64,000 bases of DNA from Eledone cirrhosa (taxonomy: Eukaryota), in the NCBI GenBank assembly GCA_964016885.1, contig OZ024742.1:98394001-98458000 (forward strand), written 5' to 3'. Shown here piece after piece: positions 27,131-43,367 of this stretch. The first letter of the stretch is position 1. Each line of letters begins with the position of its first letter. The position numbers were made by a program, and so were the translations under genes. The notes below the pieces were generated by a model, which was given only the letters and a program-made list of their open reading frames with translations, searched no databases and had not been told where the DNA came from.

Positions 27131-29874
27131 GTTTGGGGTTTTTTTTCTAATAGTCTTGTGACTATTTTCGTTCTTGTTTGTGGCTTAAGCCCCAAAAGTC
27201 CCATAGCACCGGAAGTTTTGGTTAGAGTTAATGTTTTTTTACAATAGATTCCATACACCGTAAGCGAAAATATCCATTGTTGAAATATTGTTGCTATTAC
27301 TCTTATGTTTTATCTTTTATTATTATGACAACAAATTTCAATCAGCCAGCCTTGTAACACACTATATCCCACTGAATCCCCCGATAAGGGTGCACCTGCA
27401 TGTGGAATGCTTAGCTACATCCAGGTTAGGTCATGGGCAGATATTTTTTCTTTGATCGAACAACTAGAATAATCAGCGTAGAAAGTAATAAAGATCCATT
27501 CGAGACAACTTGAATCATATTCTATTCGACTCTGTCTTTCATTTCGAAGAGATCAATAATAATTATTTCATCAAACAGGCTTTTGTACAATTTCCATCTA
27601 CCGAATTTCACTCATATGTCTTGGGCTTAATCGAGACTATGATAAACGAAACTTGCCTAAGCTGAGGTGCAGTGGGATCGACTCTGGACTCCCAGCGAAT
27701 CGTCTAAACATTCGATTAGCTGTGTCTACACATGGTATCTAAGATTGATAAGTTTAACCAGAGCAGGAATCCACTACTTGCTCTGTACCAAACCACAACT
27801 AGATTGCTTAGGATTGAGAGCATTAGATGTGTTAGTTATGGGAGACATGATACGAACTAATGAAACTTCATCAATATTTTGAAGCACTATCGGGTCAACT
27901 ATTGTTGGTCATTGACTAAAATCTAATATTTTATTGTTATTGGAAGGACAATAGGAAGCCTTAGTTGAATAATTTACAAGAATTATAGCAGTAGTTGCCT
28001 TGATGTATTGCATGTCATCTGAAACCATTATACACTTGTTATAAACATTGAGTGCCATTCTATAATCCATATTAGCGGAAATATTTCATGAAATTCTTAA
28101 CGAAATATTTAAGGTTTCTATCAAATAGTTTATACATTCGGTAATAACATGTGATAGTTCTGGAAATGCAGAACTTCCGTCCTTTTTATGGTCTCAGCTG
28201 TATACTGGTATCTTATAATTATCCAATTATTCTTATTTCAAGAATGGTGGAGAAGCAATATCGATAGAAATGCGTAGTAAATATGTGACGGTGTTTAATT
28301 GTGTCGATTTATCATCTGATGTCAAGTCTCATTGGTGTTGGCTTGGTCTTTCGTTTTAACAAGGCCGGTAAAGTACATGCGTTTACTCATTTTACAATCG
28401 ATACATCAAACCCCTGCGTGTTGTAAGACTCCCCTAGAAGAGTTGGAGATAGTAAGGCTGGAAGGTCGTGAAAAATTGTTCATAAATCGGTTCCATGATG
28501 AGCATAGGAACGGCAAAGATAACTCATTCTTCCGTTGAGAAAAATGATCTTAAAATATTTGCTGCAATAACTGCTCCAAATTATGAATTAACAAAAGCGA
28601 TATTTTTTGTGAACACTTAAAATACTTTAATGAATATTTTATTAGCTTCTAATAATGATGTGATATCTTTTCATTGGCTGTTGACGGGTAAGAATGATAC
28701 CAACCGCAGTAACATTATTCACAGACAAACTGGATTTAAAAACTAAAGGGATGTTTGTTCCAATATTTAATATCTGATTATTGTTCTTGGCGCAATTAAT
28801 CAATCTCTCTACATCAAAACATTTAATATCCTGTAAGTTTAATCATCTAAAAGATTTTATATTGCCGACGACAATCATTATCCCTATCACAAGTATCACC
28901 TGAACCACTATTAATCATATATCCACACTACAGCTATCCAGATCTCATAACTCCTTAATTAGTTACAAATAGTCTCAAGGCGGTTGCCTGATCTGTTAGA
29001 AATAACACCCAAATCTTCCTTCAATAACATCTGATTTAATCGATGATGGAAACGTTTAACTTTATGATTTTATGTATAATCCCTAACCCCTGATCCTGGC
29101 TAGGGACACCATAGTGGAAAATTGCGCGGCCAAAACAAGGCCAGGCTCAACCATGCACCCCCCCCCCCCCCCTCAGGTCTGAGCACAGCTGATTTCTTCC
29201 AGAAAAGAAGAGAGAGTGGGGAGGGGGGATTAGCCAGCAAGAGATATAGAGGAAAAATAGCCCTCAGTAATGGGCTGATAATTTTTTTTATCAATTTCGA
29301 AAAGATCGAAATTGTACTGGGCAGAATTTGAACACAGGGCGGAGAGAGCTGAATGAATACCGCAAAGTATTCTATCTGATGTTGTAACGACTCTGATAAT
29401 TCTGCGCCTATTTAAGATAATAGACCCCCAGATGAACTCGACTAGAATGCGTGTGAATATGGGTCTGCATTTTAAGAGTTTATCTGGTGCTAAATAAACC
29501 GAGACCGTCTCCCATCACATCTGAACTGTAATGCTAAATATATTGTCTTTAATATTTCTACGGAGCCTCTATGTGTTCCCTAAATCTGTTGAAATAGCAA
29601 TTACATCTTATTCTAATGAAAACCCACGATCAAAGAAAGGGTTACATTTGATTATGTTTTCTGAGTTTCATTCGCTTAGGAAGCATAATGGGCATTCACA
29701 GCTGAAATGAGCTTTATAATAGTGCTCTTGGATCAGAGCCGACTTCAGACAACATAGCATCAGCAACGGACCAGCTAGAATATCAACGAAATCTCACCAT
29801 ATTCCTACAGTAGTAAATAGGAACCTACCTACACTGGATATTGTTTTCCTAAATACACAATGTCCACACAGAAA

Positions 29875-31790
<1,916 letters not shown>

Positions 31791-32019
31791 TTTGAAAGTT
31801 GTCTTTTATTCTTCTTTATTGTCTAGGTTATTTTATTTTGATAACGTTCTTGCTGCAACAATTTACACAGTTACTGTTTCTTTCAGTACAGTTTACATTC
31901 TTTCAGTACAGTTTACATTACTGTTTCAGGTAAGACAAGAATGTCCCAACGTATGTCTGCGAAAGCAAATTAAACTAATAAATTTATAACGCAAAAATAA
32001 GGTAAAATAATATATACTA

Positions 32020-32210
32020 TAATTGTTTCTACTTTTGGCACCAGGCCAGCAATTATCCCAGTGCATTACTGGTACTTTATTTTATCGACCCCCTAAGGAT
32101 GTAATGGCAAAGTTAACCTCTGCGGGATTTGAACTCAGATCATAAAGGGAGGTAACTCTATGCTTGAAAGGATGGCGCCCGACCCTCTACCGATACTGCC
32201 AATCCACGCA
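32020..32210 (-). mobile_element. tRNA-derived SINE; further - copies at ~29280-29410, 45400-45560, 46385-46585
   Basis: ggcaaagttaacctctgcgggatttgaactcag and actgccaatcc head. Confidence 0.85.
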
Positions 32211-32690
32211 TGAATTAGAAACAACAGAGATTGCGAACGAAACAATGAAGCATACATAGAATAGATATGTTAAATGCATATCATATGCATGCACACGTGC
32301 ACTCATCAACATGCCAGCGCAAAGGCACACGCAACCACGTACGTACACAACTTGCTACAAATGTATAAGCCTCCTACATTATATGTAAACAAACACACAC
32401 ACATATTAAGAGTGGAAAGGCTAGTTAAAATGTCGCAAAACCAAGAATGATACAGATTTTTATGAAGGATATCAAGCTAGGCACAGGATCATAAGAACGT
32501 AGTTTCTTCAAGAGAAAGACCTCATTTCATGTTGTTCAATTCCAATCAGGTGCAGAAAAAGGAAATTTACAAGCAGAACGTGGCTCACCTTGTGACGGGG
32601 TAGTCCCCACTGCAGGGAGCCTTGTATACTCAAATATTTAACTCATCATAGAAGCGAAATATGTTTAAGTCTAAGATCAAAAAGAGTGTT

Positions 32691-32807
32691 ATCTTCTTCT
32701 TCTTCTTCTTCTTCTTCTTCTTCTTCTTCTTCTTCTTCTTCTTCTTCTTCTTCTTCTTCTTCTTCTTCTTCTTCTTCTTCTTCTTCTTCTTCTTCTTCTT
32801 CTTCTTC
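32691..32807. repeat. (TCT)n microsatellite
   Basis: Direct reading. Confidence 0.98.
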
Positions 32808-33329
32808 TATTCCAGTTCCAACTGGCTTACAATCAACTAAATTTCCCGAATACGCCAGTATGTGTCTAGACCAATCACATTGTGTTATCTAGATCGTAAA
32901 TAGATGCGTTTTTTTAAATGAAATTAGCAGATAAAGATGGCTAAAGTTACTATTCAGACAACAAATTCGTGATCGGCATTGTTGATCTACATAGAACTCG
33001 TATACAGTGACCCGATTACAGGAAACTTAACATGTTAGTTCCTGTGCCTAAATTTAAAGTGACCGGATTAGCACATTTTTTAAGCACAGGTTGAGAGAGG
33101 TTGTTGTCAATATGAGGTGGTGAGGTGCTGTCAAGAGAGCGATTAGAATAGAGTCAATAGTTTCTAGTGAAGAAGTAGCCATAGTAAAAATAGAACGGAA
33201 TGGGAGCTTGTTGATAATACTAGAGGCAGCGAGTGACATTGCAACCGAGGTGATAGTTGTAGGAATGACATAAGGCATTTTCATTAAAGCGAAACACGAA
33301 AACAATATTGTCAATCAGAGCGAAACTCG

Positions 33330-34915
33330 TGTTCCAGGAATTAAAAGCTCTGCGATGGGCGCGAGTGGCCGAGGCACAATAAAGCCAAAATTCCGTCTAT
33401 GATGAACCTTGACGAGCACGTGCAGCTCCATACCATACAGATGTGTGCGGCTTTTCAGCTGCACTTTGCATGACGGTTCGAGACGAACTTCAGTTAGGAG
33501 ACGTGAGAAAATTACAAAGTCTCCCTCGACGACCTGCCGCGTCTCTCGGTGAGCGAATAGGAGTGTTGTGAAAAGCCGATAACCTCAACCGAGATTCAGA
33601 ATGCACTGGTAGGCTGCACGAGGGGCAAATAACCCGTTTTGATGGTCTTCCCTCCAAGCTTTATGTAGACATGCCAGACTTGTTCTCTCATCCTATCACA
33701 GAAGAACGGGAGAATTTGAAAGTTAAGGCGTAATTACTCTGATGAGAATAGACAAGAACAAGGGAGACATTATAAATAATTTCAACTCCATAACAATGCT
33801 AAACTCAGTTTAATATTTTGTGCTATTAAGTGCCAGCAATGAAGTTGATACTTGTCATCAAAAATCCGGTGGGGGAAGTGCAAATTTGTGCGATCCCAAT
33901 TATCTCTATACACGACAACATCCACCTGACGCAATATATCATAGAGTGCGCAGGGAATACACGTGGCTTTAATGGGGCGTCGAAATATTTCGATAGGGTT
34001 GATCATTAACATCTAGAAGCTGTCATCAAGGCAGCTGACTTTTGCCCCATCTTCAGAGGCTGGTTAGCTACAATGAAAAATGATGTCTGCCTCGGAGTCA
34101 AAGGAGATGGCCACTTATCTGAAGATATCCTGATCAGGCGCTTGTTCCTTCAAGCATGCTCTCTCTCATCCCTACTGTACGTACTGACTCTCGAATCTCT
34201 ACTGTGGAAGCTGAAGTTTTTGCACGGCATCCCACTCCAGCCGGAACGTGGAAGGTTTGCCTTAGCATGTGCGGTTGACGTCACCATGATGATGTTGAAT
34301 ACCTAGGAAATCGTGCTGGTTGGCAACTACTTTGGGGAAAATGTAGCGTTGACAGGAGCAAAACTCAGCCCAGAAAAGTCGGTGAATTTGGAACTCGGCA
34401 TATGGAGAGGCAAATCCATACCGTTCAACAATGTTGTAGGACACTGGAGAGATGGAATGGTGAAGTTTTTTAGGTTCCGGAACTCCGTGTGGACAAGAGC
34501 TGGTACGAGGTAACGAACAGAGTGGTCACTTGCAATGATAAAGGTACAGGAAAAAGCTATCCTTGAAACGTGGCTTTGATGCGACTAACGCATACATCAC
34601 ATCCCTCATCTAATACTGCCTGACTGTCGTGCCATACCCGGTCTGCACCTCACTCAATTGGAGCACCTGCTCTTCGGATTTTATGGAAGGGAAAGATTCC
34701 GATGGTGAAGTGGTCCATCTGCTGCCTTAACGTGGATGGTTGCGTATGCCGTGGCGATGATGTGCAAACATGCCCTGAGGTTACGGCATTTTCAGATATA
34801 TATAACCGGTGAAATGGTGTGGTCGTCCTTTCTTAGGCCCTTCAGTCCACAGCTCATCTATTTGATTGAGCTGCAGTAACGGACTGTGTGAAAACCGAGA
34901 TTTGGCGCCTGGCAT
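33330..34915 (+). mobile_element. Decayed Tx1/L1-like LINE RT region; related fragment at ~45970-46370 (-)
   Basis: QACSLSSLLYVLTLESLL...ACAVDV resembles QGCPLSPLLY...YADD; many stops and frameshifts. Confidence 0.7.
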
Positions 34916-35673
34916 TTTTAATGGATATTAATACAACGGTATCAATATAAATACAACGATATACGTTTCTGCCAGAAGTTCCATGTTTTATTCCATATTT
35001 GATATTCGAGTACGCTGCATGTCCGAATGGTTTATGAGTTCGCTGCTAAACGAAAGGTTCGATTCCACTGTTTGACGACTTGGCCTCAGGTCGACCCAAG
35101 CAGTGTGAGTGAAATACGGTAGATTGAAATTCTTTACATTCCAATGGCATGAACTATACCTTCAATTTTCTGAGAATTATATGAAAAGTATACGTGCTTC
35201 TATAATGCCCAGACACCTAAAAGCCCAATTCAGGAGGATAAAGTTTCCATTGATCGAATAACAAGAACACTCAAATTCGAAACAGACGGAGATATATTCT
35301 ATTTATATTCCACTACATATTAATTTGGTTAAGACTTTAAAAGTGATGATAGCTGTGATGGTGTTAGAAATGTTGATATTGCTGATAAATGTGATAGGAA
35401 TTTCTGTCTAGTTTTGCAGAAGTATGTCATGTATTCATCATAATAATTCAGTCTGAAGGAAAGGAATGAGTTTTTCTTTGAAATATTAGATTCTTTTACG
35501 CCGAGAAAGGCGTGAGTGGAGCGACATCAGACGCTTGCAATAATCAACAAAAAGATGACGCTTGATAACAGGCCTTTTATACAAAGTCATACTTACATTT
35601 TTGCGTGCACATGTTTATCTACATATTAATAGTTATGCATATTTACCTATTCAGCTGTTTTATATAAATGTAC

Positions 35674-35798
<125 letters not shown>

Positions 35799-36645
35799 GT
35801 CGTGCATGTGTGTGTGTAAGTTTATATACTAACACGCAAACATTTGTAGGTGTGATGTGCTTGCTTCTATTTTGAAGCACAGAACAAATATATTTTTACA
35901 TTATTTCCCAAAAAGGCAGCATCACCGAAATAATTACGTGAATTTACGATACACATCTGCGTTTCATATGTAGTATGTCATAGTGTTGCCAATCAAAGCG
36001 TAATATACTGTATCAGAACCGACGAAGGCAAATGCATGATTCAGATTAAGTTCGCAGCTACTCCATCACTTTATCGTTCTGTTTAAAATGAAATATTTTC
36101 TTTTATCAATACCTCTTTAATTATGCCACCCTCACATTCATATTACAATTATGTTGTCCAATACATTATTTTCTATTTATTTATATATATTTTGTACGAT
36201 ATATTTTGAGAATTGTGTATGATTTAATCACTATTGTTAACAGAACCTTTATTAATATAATATATTTCCCTTTCTGTATCTCTAGCTGATGGAGGATTCG
36301 AAAACATTCTGCGTATATATTATATCAGAAATATATGGAGTAATCTTTCATCTTTATTTATTTTGAGTATGTGGAAATTATGTGTATGTTTATAAACACC
36401 AATGTGTAAATATATATATATATATATAGTAATAATAAATGTGAAGACTAAAGTCCGAAGATAGCACGATAAGGATTATATATATATGCAGTTCTGTTTA
36501 CATGCCAACACGTTTAAGGGGCTCATTTTATTGACATGGTTTAAAAAAGAGGGTGTTTGCATAATTGAAAATGAATCGAATATTATTTTTTATATTCGAA
36601 AAACTCAGATTACATTTATTGTATTCAGCCATATAAGAGCCACAA

Positions 36646-36714
<69 letters not shown>

Positions 36715-36760
36715 GTATGTATATATATGTATACCCTTTCTACCCTTCGTTATATATATA

Positions 36761-36933
36761 TATGGACACACTAGAAGAGGAAGACCAAGGTTAACGTATG
36801 TTGATGCCCTAAGGACAGACACTGGTCTGTTGGAGATACAGGACATGGCACCGATAATGAGGGACAGAGACCGCTGGAGAGAACTCGTCCATGGATCTCG
36901 GGAATTTACCCGCCTTAGATAGATAGATAGATA
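36761..36933 (+). mobile_element. RTE-like LINE 3' end
   Basis: GHTRRGRPRLTYVDAL...MRDRDRWRELV, then stop and (AGAT)n tail. Confidence 0.8.
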
Positions 36934-36934
36934 T

Positions 36935-37212
36935 ATAAACCCTTAGAGCAAATATTGATTATAAGAACAAATTAAAGTTTAAGCAAAAAAAATACAATCT
37001 GCGGACGAGAGAAGTAAATATTTCGAAAATCGTTACAACCGAAGGAAAACAGGAAGAGGAAACTTTGGTTCGTGAAGCCGTCCTTCGTTTGGAATGGAAC
37101 GTTTTTCGAAATATTTACTTTTGCTTCCACAGATTTATTTGTTTAGTCAAAGATGATCCCCTTAAGTGTGAAAGCAGTGATTCCTTGCTGAAAGTTTAAT
37201 CTGTTCTTATAA
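36935..37212. mobile_element. Short diverged fold-back relative of the 56.2-59.5 kb PLE ends; detached tail piece at ~36430-36478
   Basis: attaaagtttaagcaaaaaa...caggaaga.ga.actttggttcgtg shared with 56213-56356; degenerate HHR near 37145-37195. Confidence 0.7.
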
Positions 37213-37834
37213 TATATATATATAAGATCAGGTCTTCGCCCGCTACTGATAACATGCAGTGCAGTACAACTTGGTGGGATGGTCAGCAGGGTATGCGCTG
37301 AGGAGAAGGGTATATAGAAAACAAGCAGCCCAAAACAAGAGCTGTCAATGGGCTATGAACTCAAAAGAGTCAACAGCCATCCACCCAAATTATCGGTTAA
37401 ATAGCTTCACCAAACTGGAATTGGCCTGGAAAGTTTAAACTCTATGAAAAAACAAAAACATATGTGATATTTTAATTTTCTGTTATCTTGCCTTGGCTTG
37501 TCACTGGATATGTAGCTGCTGGGATGGAGTGAGTGGTATGTCCGTAGTGCAAGCAGATAGCATTGCCATCATTTTATGCAGATTTGAACAGACTCGACCG
37601 GTTAGAAGCGCATAGTCAAATCCTTACGTGGGCGGCTTGAGGCTTATCCTAACGTCACTGTATTGGGAACTTGAACTTGAAAACCAAAATGCTTCGGTGG
37701 AGTGTTGAGCGTCTGTGCAGCTCTCTTCTGGCGAGAAGTTTCTAGAAAAGATGACCTACAAAAAGCCTGTTCAGTCACCAAACTGGCCTGCAACGAATCT
37801 ATCTTCTCTAAAGAAGTTGCAATTATAATCAACA

Positions 37835-37871
<37 letters not shown>

Positions 37872-37938
37872 CGTGTGTGGTGTGTGTGTGTGTCTGTGTG
37901 AGTGTGTACGTATGTGTATATGTGTATGTATATATAGA

Positions 37939-38967
37939 CAGTGGCTGACGGCTAGGTTGCCAGGTTACCAGATGGCAAGTGGGCACCAGGGGTCCCACAG
38001 TAGCATTGAAAGAACCCACAGTAGCATTTCCGAGCCCACTGTGGTATTTTAGGTGCCACTGCTTTGGTTGCAAAAAATACCTGACATCTAAGAGAACGAA
38101 TAATTTTTTTTTAAATGTATAAAACAATTAAGCAAAGCATTTGGTCAACCAATTCCCCAGGGAATTACTAGAAATTAAAATACACGATAGTGCAAATAGC
38201 TGGAATCAGTGGATTACAGTATGAACTATAGTCTAGATAGATATGAAACAAAACGAGGATGTAATTTATGGAACACCCAAATGATTTAGAAGTCGAACTT
38301 AAGTAGGAGCAATAACATTAAGAAAGACATGGACTACACCACATCACTTTGTTTTGAAAATTTTGAATGTAGGTTTAAAAGTATGAATTTTCAGAAGATT
38401 TTCATAGTTGTCTCTGTGGCCTAGTGGTAGGTACTAGAGACGGTGGAGATGTTGGCCTTAGGTTCAATCCTGGTCAGGAGGTACATGTAACCTTTTTCAG
38501 TTTTTATTTTACAACCAATAAAAACAAAAACTGAAAAGGCTTACTGGGAACCCTACTCCCGACTAGGATCGAACTTCAGACCAGGATCACCACCGCCTTT
38601 GATTGCTCCAACTAGGCCACAGAGACAGCTACAGCAGTATAATGAAAATTTATAAGTATAAATCTACTTTCAAAATCAAAGTTATAAAGGTTTGGTCTCG
38701 TTCATTGATTTCCTAGAGCTATTAGTAATACTTAGGTTCGACGGCTGGTCATTATTAAAAGACTCTGGATTTCGCAAATTACATAATACCTTTTATTGGC
38801 GAAGGTAAGATATTTTCCCGCAAAAATTTGATTGCATTGTTTTGTTTCCACTTATGTATGTTTCGAAAATGTTAATTATTCATTATAAAAATTAAATGAT
38901 ACCATTCTATATGTAGGTGGGCCCCTTTCATCTGGCAACCAATATTTTTCGACACACTCCACCACTA
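37939..38967. mobile_element. Non-autonomous DNA transposon (hAT-like ends) with internal palindrome
   Basis: ggttgccag/ggttaccagatg at left and catctggcaacc at 38929-38940; internal inverted repeat ~38345-38680. Confidence 0.55.
38410..38481 (+). other. tRNA-like Pol III head; convergent partner at 38555-38626 (-)
   Basis: A box tggcctagtgg, B box ggttcaatcc, downstream T-runs; no convincing cloverleaf. Confidence 0.55.
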
Positions 38968-39002
38968 TATACGTATATATATATATATATATATACACAC
39001 AC

Positions 39003-40575
39003 TGTAGATAGAAATAACTAGGCAAATGAAAAAGTGGAATGAAGAAAAATACTAGTTTAACGCTTGATATAATAGGAAAGGTACCTTACAGTTTCGGACA
39101 ATAGTCCTTCATCAGAAGATTGAATAAGACATAAAAGATAAAATAGAAGGATATAGAATACGAAGAGTAAGGAACGGGTAAATATTTTTAGAAAAACACG
39201 TGTGTATTCAGTCAGCAATTTTGGATAAATGCTGATCAAGTGGATATCTTACATATTAAAGCGGTGTGTAATAAAGTGGTGTGATCATTGTATATTTTAT
39301 GTGGACAAATCTCTACGTGCATGTAAGTGAGCATATAAGCGTATGTACGTGTGTGCATGCGCGTGTGTAGGTTTATTCGTTTGTTTGAGCAAATCTTTGA
39401 ACGTGACGGGACTGCTTGTTGTGATATTTCGAGATGTGAATGAACTTGTAGTGTGGTGTGTAAATAGGTATATATAATTCTGTGTATACATAATATATAC
39501 ATATACCCATAGGTGGAAAAAGTCGCAATGGCTTGTATAGAAAATGAGGCTGTGGCGAATATGATCATATCCTTTTTTTTTTTCATTTTATGGTATGGCC
39601 GCAAGTGAAACTGTTTGTCTCGTGTAGGACGATACAGTGGTACAAGGGCAAACAGGTGAATTAGGAAGGGTGAAGTCACTACGTGCATTGCATGGAGGTG
39701 GATAAAATCTGTCAGTGGTGAAGTTTGAGTGAGTGCTGGGAAATATTCAATACCCACGGTTCCAGAGCCACAACATTGGGTGTCGCGTGATCACCAGCGC
39801 ATGCTCGAAAGGAACAAGCACACATGCACCCTGAAGCGTAAAGCATGGGATATGTGCCGGTTGTGTGCGCGGACAAGCACACATACTTGGGCATGCATCT
39901 GAATCTGTGGTATTTGGGGGGTTATGTGTGCGCAGATGTATGTGTGTTGGGTGGTATGCACAGGTGTTATAAATGTGTGTGTGCATTATGTAGTGGCTTG
40001 AGTTGTGTGACCTTATGTGCGTGTGTTTGTGTGTAAGAGTTAGGATTAAGGGAATTTTTAGAAACTTGGGGAAGAGCAGGAATTGAGTTATTCAGAAAAG
40101 TAGTTCGAAGGCGAACAATTATGTTCTGCTCAGTCCTGGAGCGAGTGACTTGGGATCCCTGGTGTAAAATCAGGCTTGAGACAGTAAGGTCTTGAGTAGA
40201 GTGTTTGGGGCAACGCAAGTGATGAGCAACATGAGTGTATTTTCCCAGGGCTATGTCCCTCAGATATTCGGCTATCGATCCACCAGACGGTGGCCTATTT
40301 GTACGATTTATATGGACTCACAAAGAGAACACCGGAGGACATAGATAACAATGCTAAATCTGCAGGTGTATGGGGGGCGAATGTGAAAAGAGTTTTGTAC
40401 ATGTGAGGTTGGTGAGGTTTGTTACGTATCGACAGTTATAACAGCGAGGGCGAGAGCAGGGGCGGAGCCAGGTGGAGGAATAGCGGATTAGAAGGAGGAG
40501 AAGAAAATATGCAGAAGAAGGTTACGGGTGTTACGATGCATTTAAAGTGGTGTTAGGTGGGTTAAGTAAGAAGCG
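39003..40575 (-). mobile_element. PLE 3' fragment: decayed GIY-YIG endonuclease, 3' UTR and HHR
   Basis: Minus strand reads CSRPRCYNC...YTC...VIYVLRCSLC...HVAHHL...RSRTEQNII with stops and frameshifts. Confidence 0.8.
39083..39119 (-). ncRNA. Minimal hammerhead
   Basis: tctt CTGATGA aggac tatt gtcc GAAA CTG TA agg. Confidence 0.7.
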
Positions 40576-40607
40576 ATAATACTATATATATATAACTATA
40601 TAACTAT

Positions 40608-41522
40608 ATTGTTACTTTGGGAGGGTCATGTTGCCAATAAGAAACACACTCACCAGCTGCTTTCACTTCAATTTATTATAAATTTTATAAATATAAATTT
40701 CATAAATTTTATAAATTTCCGGTTGGTTGGTTGGTTCCACAACCGGATGGTTGTTCATATATTGTCAAAGTTCTTTCGTCACACATTATGTGACCTCTTC
40801 AGTGACTGGGGATGTTTCCTTTGTTTTGTGCCTCTCCTTTGTTCTGTCCCACGCCATCTTGTTTTTGTGTGTGTTGTGTGCTTGGTTTGCGCATGTGTTA
40901 CATGCGAGTGTCTGTGTGTGTTTTTATTTGTTTCTTTATTGGTTTATTTACATGTTACTAGTTAGTTGTTTGTTCTATGTGTGTGTGTTTTCATTTTGTC
41001 CTTAATTATAAGTTGTGATGTTGCTATTCCATTCATGTTTTCTATTTAATTTTGGTTGGAGTTCATTTATGTTTATTGCATCTGTGATTTGTCTAAGCAT
41101 TGCGACTTTTCCGTGTGTAGATTCTATTTTTATCTCTATGTTCTCTAATTTGCCCTTAGCATGTTGGTGGAGTATTGATGAGTCCTTTGTAACTTAAAGT
41201 TCTCCTATACTACGAGCTGTCTCACATATGTATCTTATATTCTTATTTTTACATTGTCCCTCAGTACATCTTATGGTATATATTATGTTTCTAGTTTTAC
41301 AGTTAATATGGGGGCTTAGCTTACAGATTATGCTTTTCCTATCTATGCAGGGAGGTCTTTGAAAACGGTATGTATTACTAATTAGTGTTTTTATGGAGGT
41401 AACTGGTCTTTCCACTATCTTAATATTTAGTTTAAGTTTACCTGGGGCCCTTCTAAATTTGTAAGCTAGTTCACCTCTAGGGATTGTATTGATGAACATT
41501 ACACTCTGGTATTTATTACCAT

Positions 41523-41527
<5 letters not shown>
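40608..41527 (-). mobile_element. PLE 3' fragment (GIY-YIG); same family as 54750-55945; HHR at 40764-40806
   Basis: KIVERP...CKTRNIIYTIRC...YICETARS; gtca CTGAAGA ggtcaca...tgtgac GAAA GAAC TT tgac. Confidence 0.85.
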
Positions 41528-41576
<49 letters not shown>

Positions 41577-41644
41577 GTCATCTCCCTTGTCTAATGCCAT
41601 GTGCGTTTTTCACCGCTAGTTGACTCCTTTGCCGCCAGGATAAA

Positions 41645-41779
41645 ACTCGTTGACAACGTAAACTCCATTCCACTTATTCTAGTAGGCTTTTATATTTGTG
41701 TGTGAGCTGATAGAGTACTGTCTAAGGATTTACAGAAACCCATGAAGCTAGATTTAACACCTTTCTAGTGGGTCCGGGT
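41645..41779 (+). ncRNA. Type I hammerhead with U3-A8 core, copy 1
   Basis: actcg TTGACAA c gtaaactcc...ggatttac a GAAA ccca...ctaga...tctag tggg TC cgggt. Confidence 0.82.
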
Positions 41780-42259
41780 ATGATTTTACATTCATTTAAA
41801 TTATTGACGTATTGTTTTATTGATATTTTTTATCTGTTTGGCCCGAATCTTCCTTTATCGATTTTAAATCGTATGGTTGATTGTAGACTTGTTCTATATG
41901 TGACGGTATTTTAACGATAGTTATAGCTCTGATTCATCTGAATTATTGAGCCCTCTGCCGCTCATATCGGATTTCGTTTTTCGTTAACTCGTGCGCCGAT
42001 TTTTCGATACTCGATCTTTCTAATATATTTAGCTCTGGACATAGCTATCCACCAGTTAATTTTATTGCTCATATTTTGTCGATTCTATTGAGTGATGAAT
42101 AGCTTTTGTTTTATTTTAACATGTCTATTGAGCACTCTAATTCGATATGTGTATTTCCACATTCACTCGAATTATTTTCGCGGATATAGGGGTCATCTCC
42201 CTTGTCTAATGCCATGTGCGTTTTTCACCGCTAGTTGACTCCTTTGCCGCCAGGATAAA

Positions 42260-42394
42260 ACTCGTTGACAACGTAAACTCCATTCCACTTATTCTAGTAG
42301 GCTTTTATATTTGTGTGTGAGCTGATAGAGTACTGTCTAAGGATTTACAGAAACCCATGAAGCTAGATTTAACACCTTTCTAGTGGGTCCGGGT
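42260..42394 (+). ncRNA. Type I hammerhead with U3-A8 core, copy 2
   Basis: Same sequence as copy 1, +615. Confidence 0.82.
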
Positions 42395-42874
42395 ATGATT
42401 TTACATTCATTTAAATTATTGACGTATTGTTTTATTGATATTTTTTATCTGTTTGGCCCGAATCTTCCTTTATCGATTTTAAATCGTATGGTTGATTGTA
42501 GACTTGTTCTATATGTGACGGTATTTTAACGATAGTTATAGCTCTGATTCATCTGAATTATTGAGCCCTCTGCCGCTCATATCGGATTTCGTTTTTCGTT
42601 AACTCGTGCGCCGATTTTTCGATACTCGATCTTTCTAATATATTTAGCTCTGGACATAGCTATCCACCAGTTAATTTTATTGCTCATATTTTGTCGATTC
42701 TATTGAGTGATGAATAGCTTTTGTTTTATTTTAACATGTCTATTGAGCACTCTAATTCGATATGTGTATTTCCACATTCACTCGAATTATTTTCGCGGAT
42801 ATAGGGGTCATCTCCCTTGTCTAATGCCATGTGCGTTTTTCACCGCTAGTTGACTCCTTTGCCGCCAGGATAAA

Positions 42875-43009
42875 ACTCGTTGACAACGTAAACTCCATTC
42901 CACTTATTCTAGTAGGCTTTTATATTTGTGTGTGAGCTGATAGAGTACTGTCTAAGGATTTACAGAAACCCATGAAGCTAGATTTAACACCTTTCTAGTG
43001 GGTCCGGGT
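42875..43009 (+). ncRNA. Type I hammerhead with U3-A8 core, copy 3
   Basis: Same sequence as copy 1, +1230. Confidence 0.82.
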
Positions 43010-43246
43010 ATGATTTTACATTCATTTAAATTATTGACGTATTGTTTTATTGATATTTTTTATCTGTTTGGCCCGAATCTTCCTTTATCGATTTTAAATC
43101 GTATGGTTGATTGTAGACTTGTTCTATATGTGACGGTATTTTAACGATAGTTATAGCTCTGATTCATCTGAATTATTGAGCCCTCTGCCGCTCATATCGG
43201 ATTTCGTTTTTCGTTAACTCGTGCGCCGATTTTTCGATACTCGATC

Positions 43247-43367
<121 letters not shown>

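Noticed and set aside
26602-27150. Hydrophobic 182-aa ORF
   Set aside because: Derived from GTT/GGT low-complexity sequence.
41705-41712. CTGATAGA as the hammerhead core of the 615-bp unit
   Set aside because: Gives no consistent stems; the upstream TTGACAA core satisfies all three stems.
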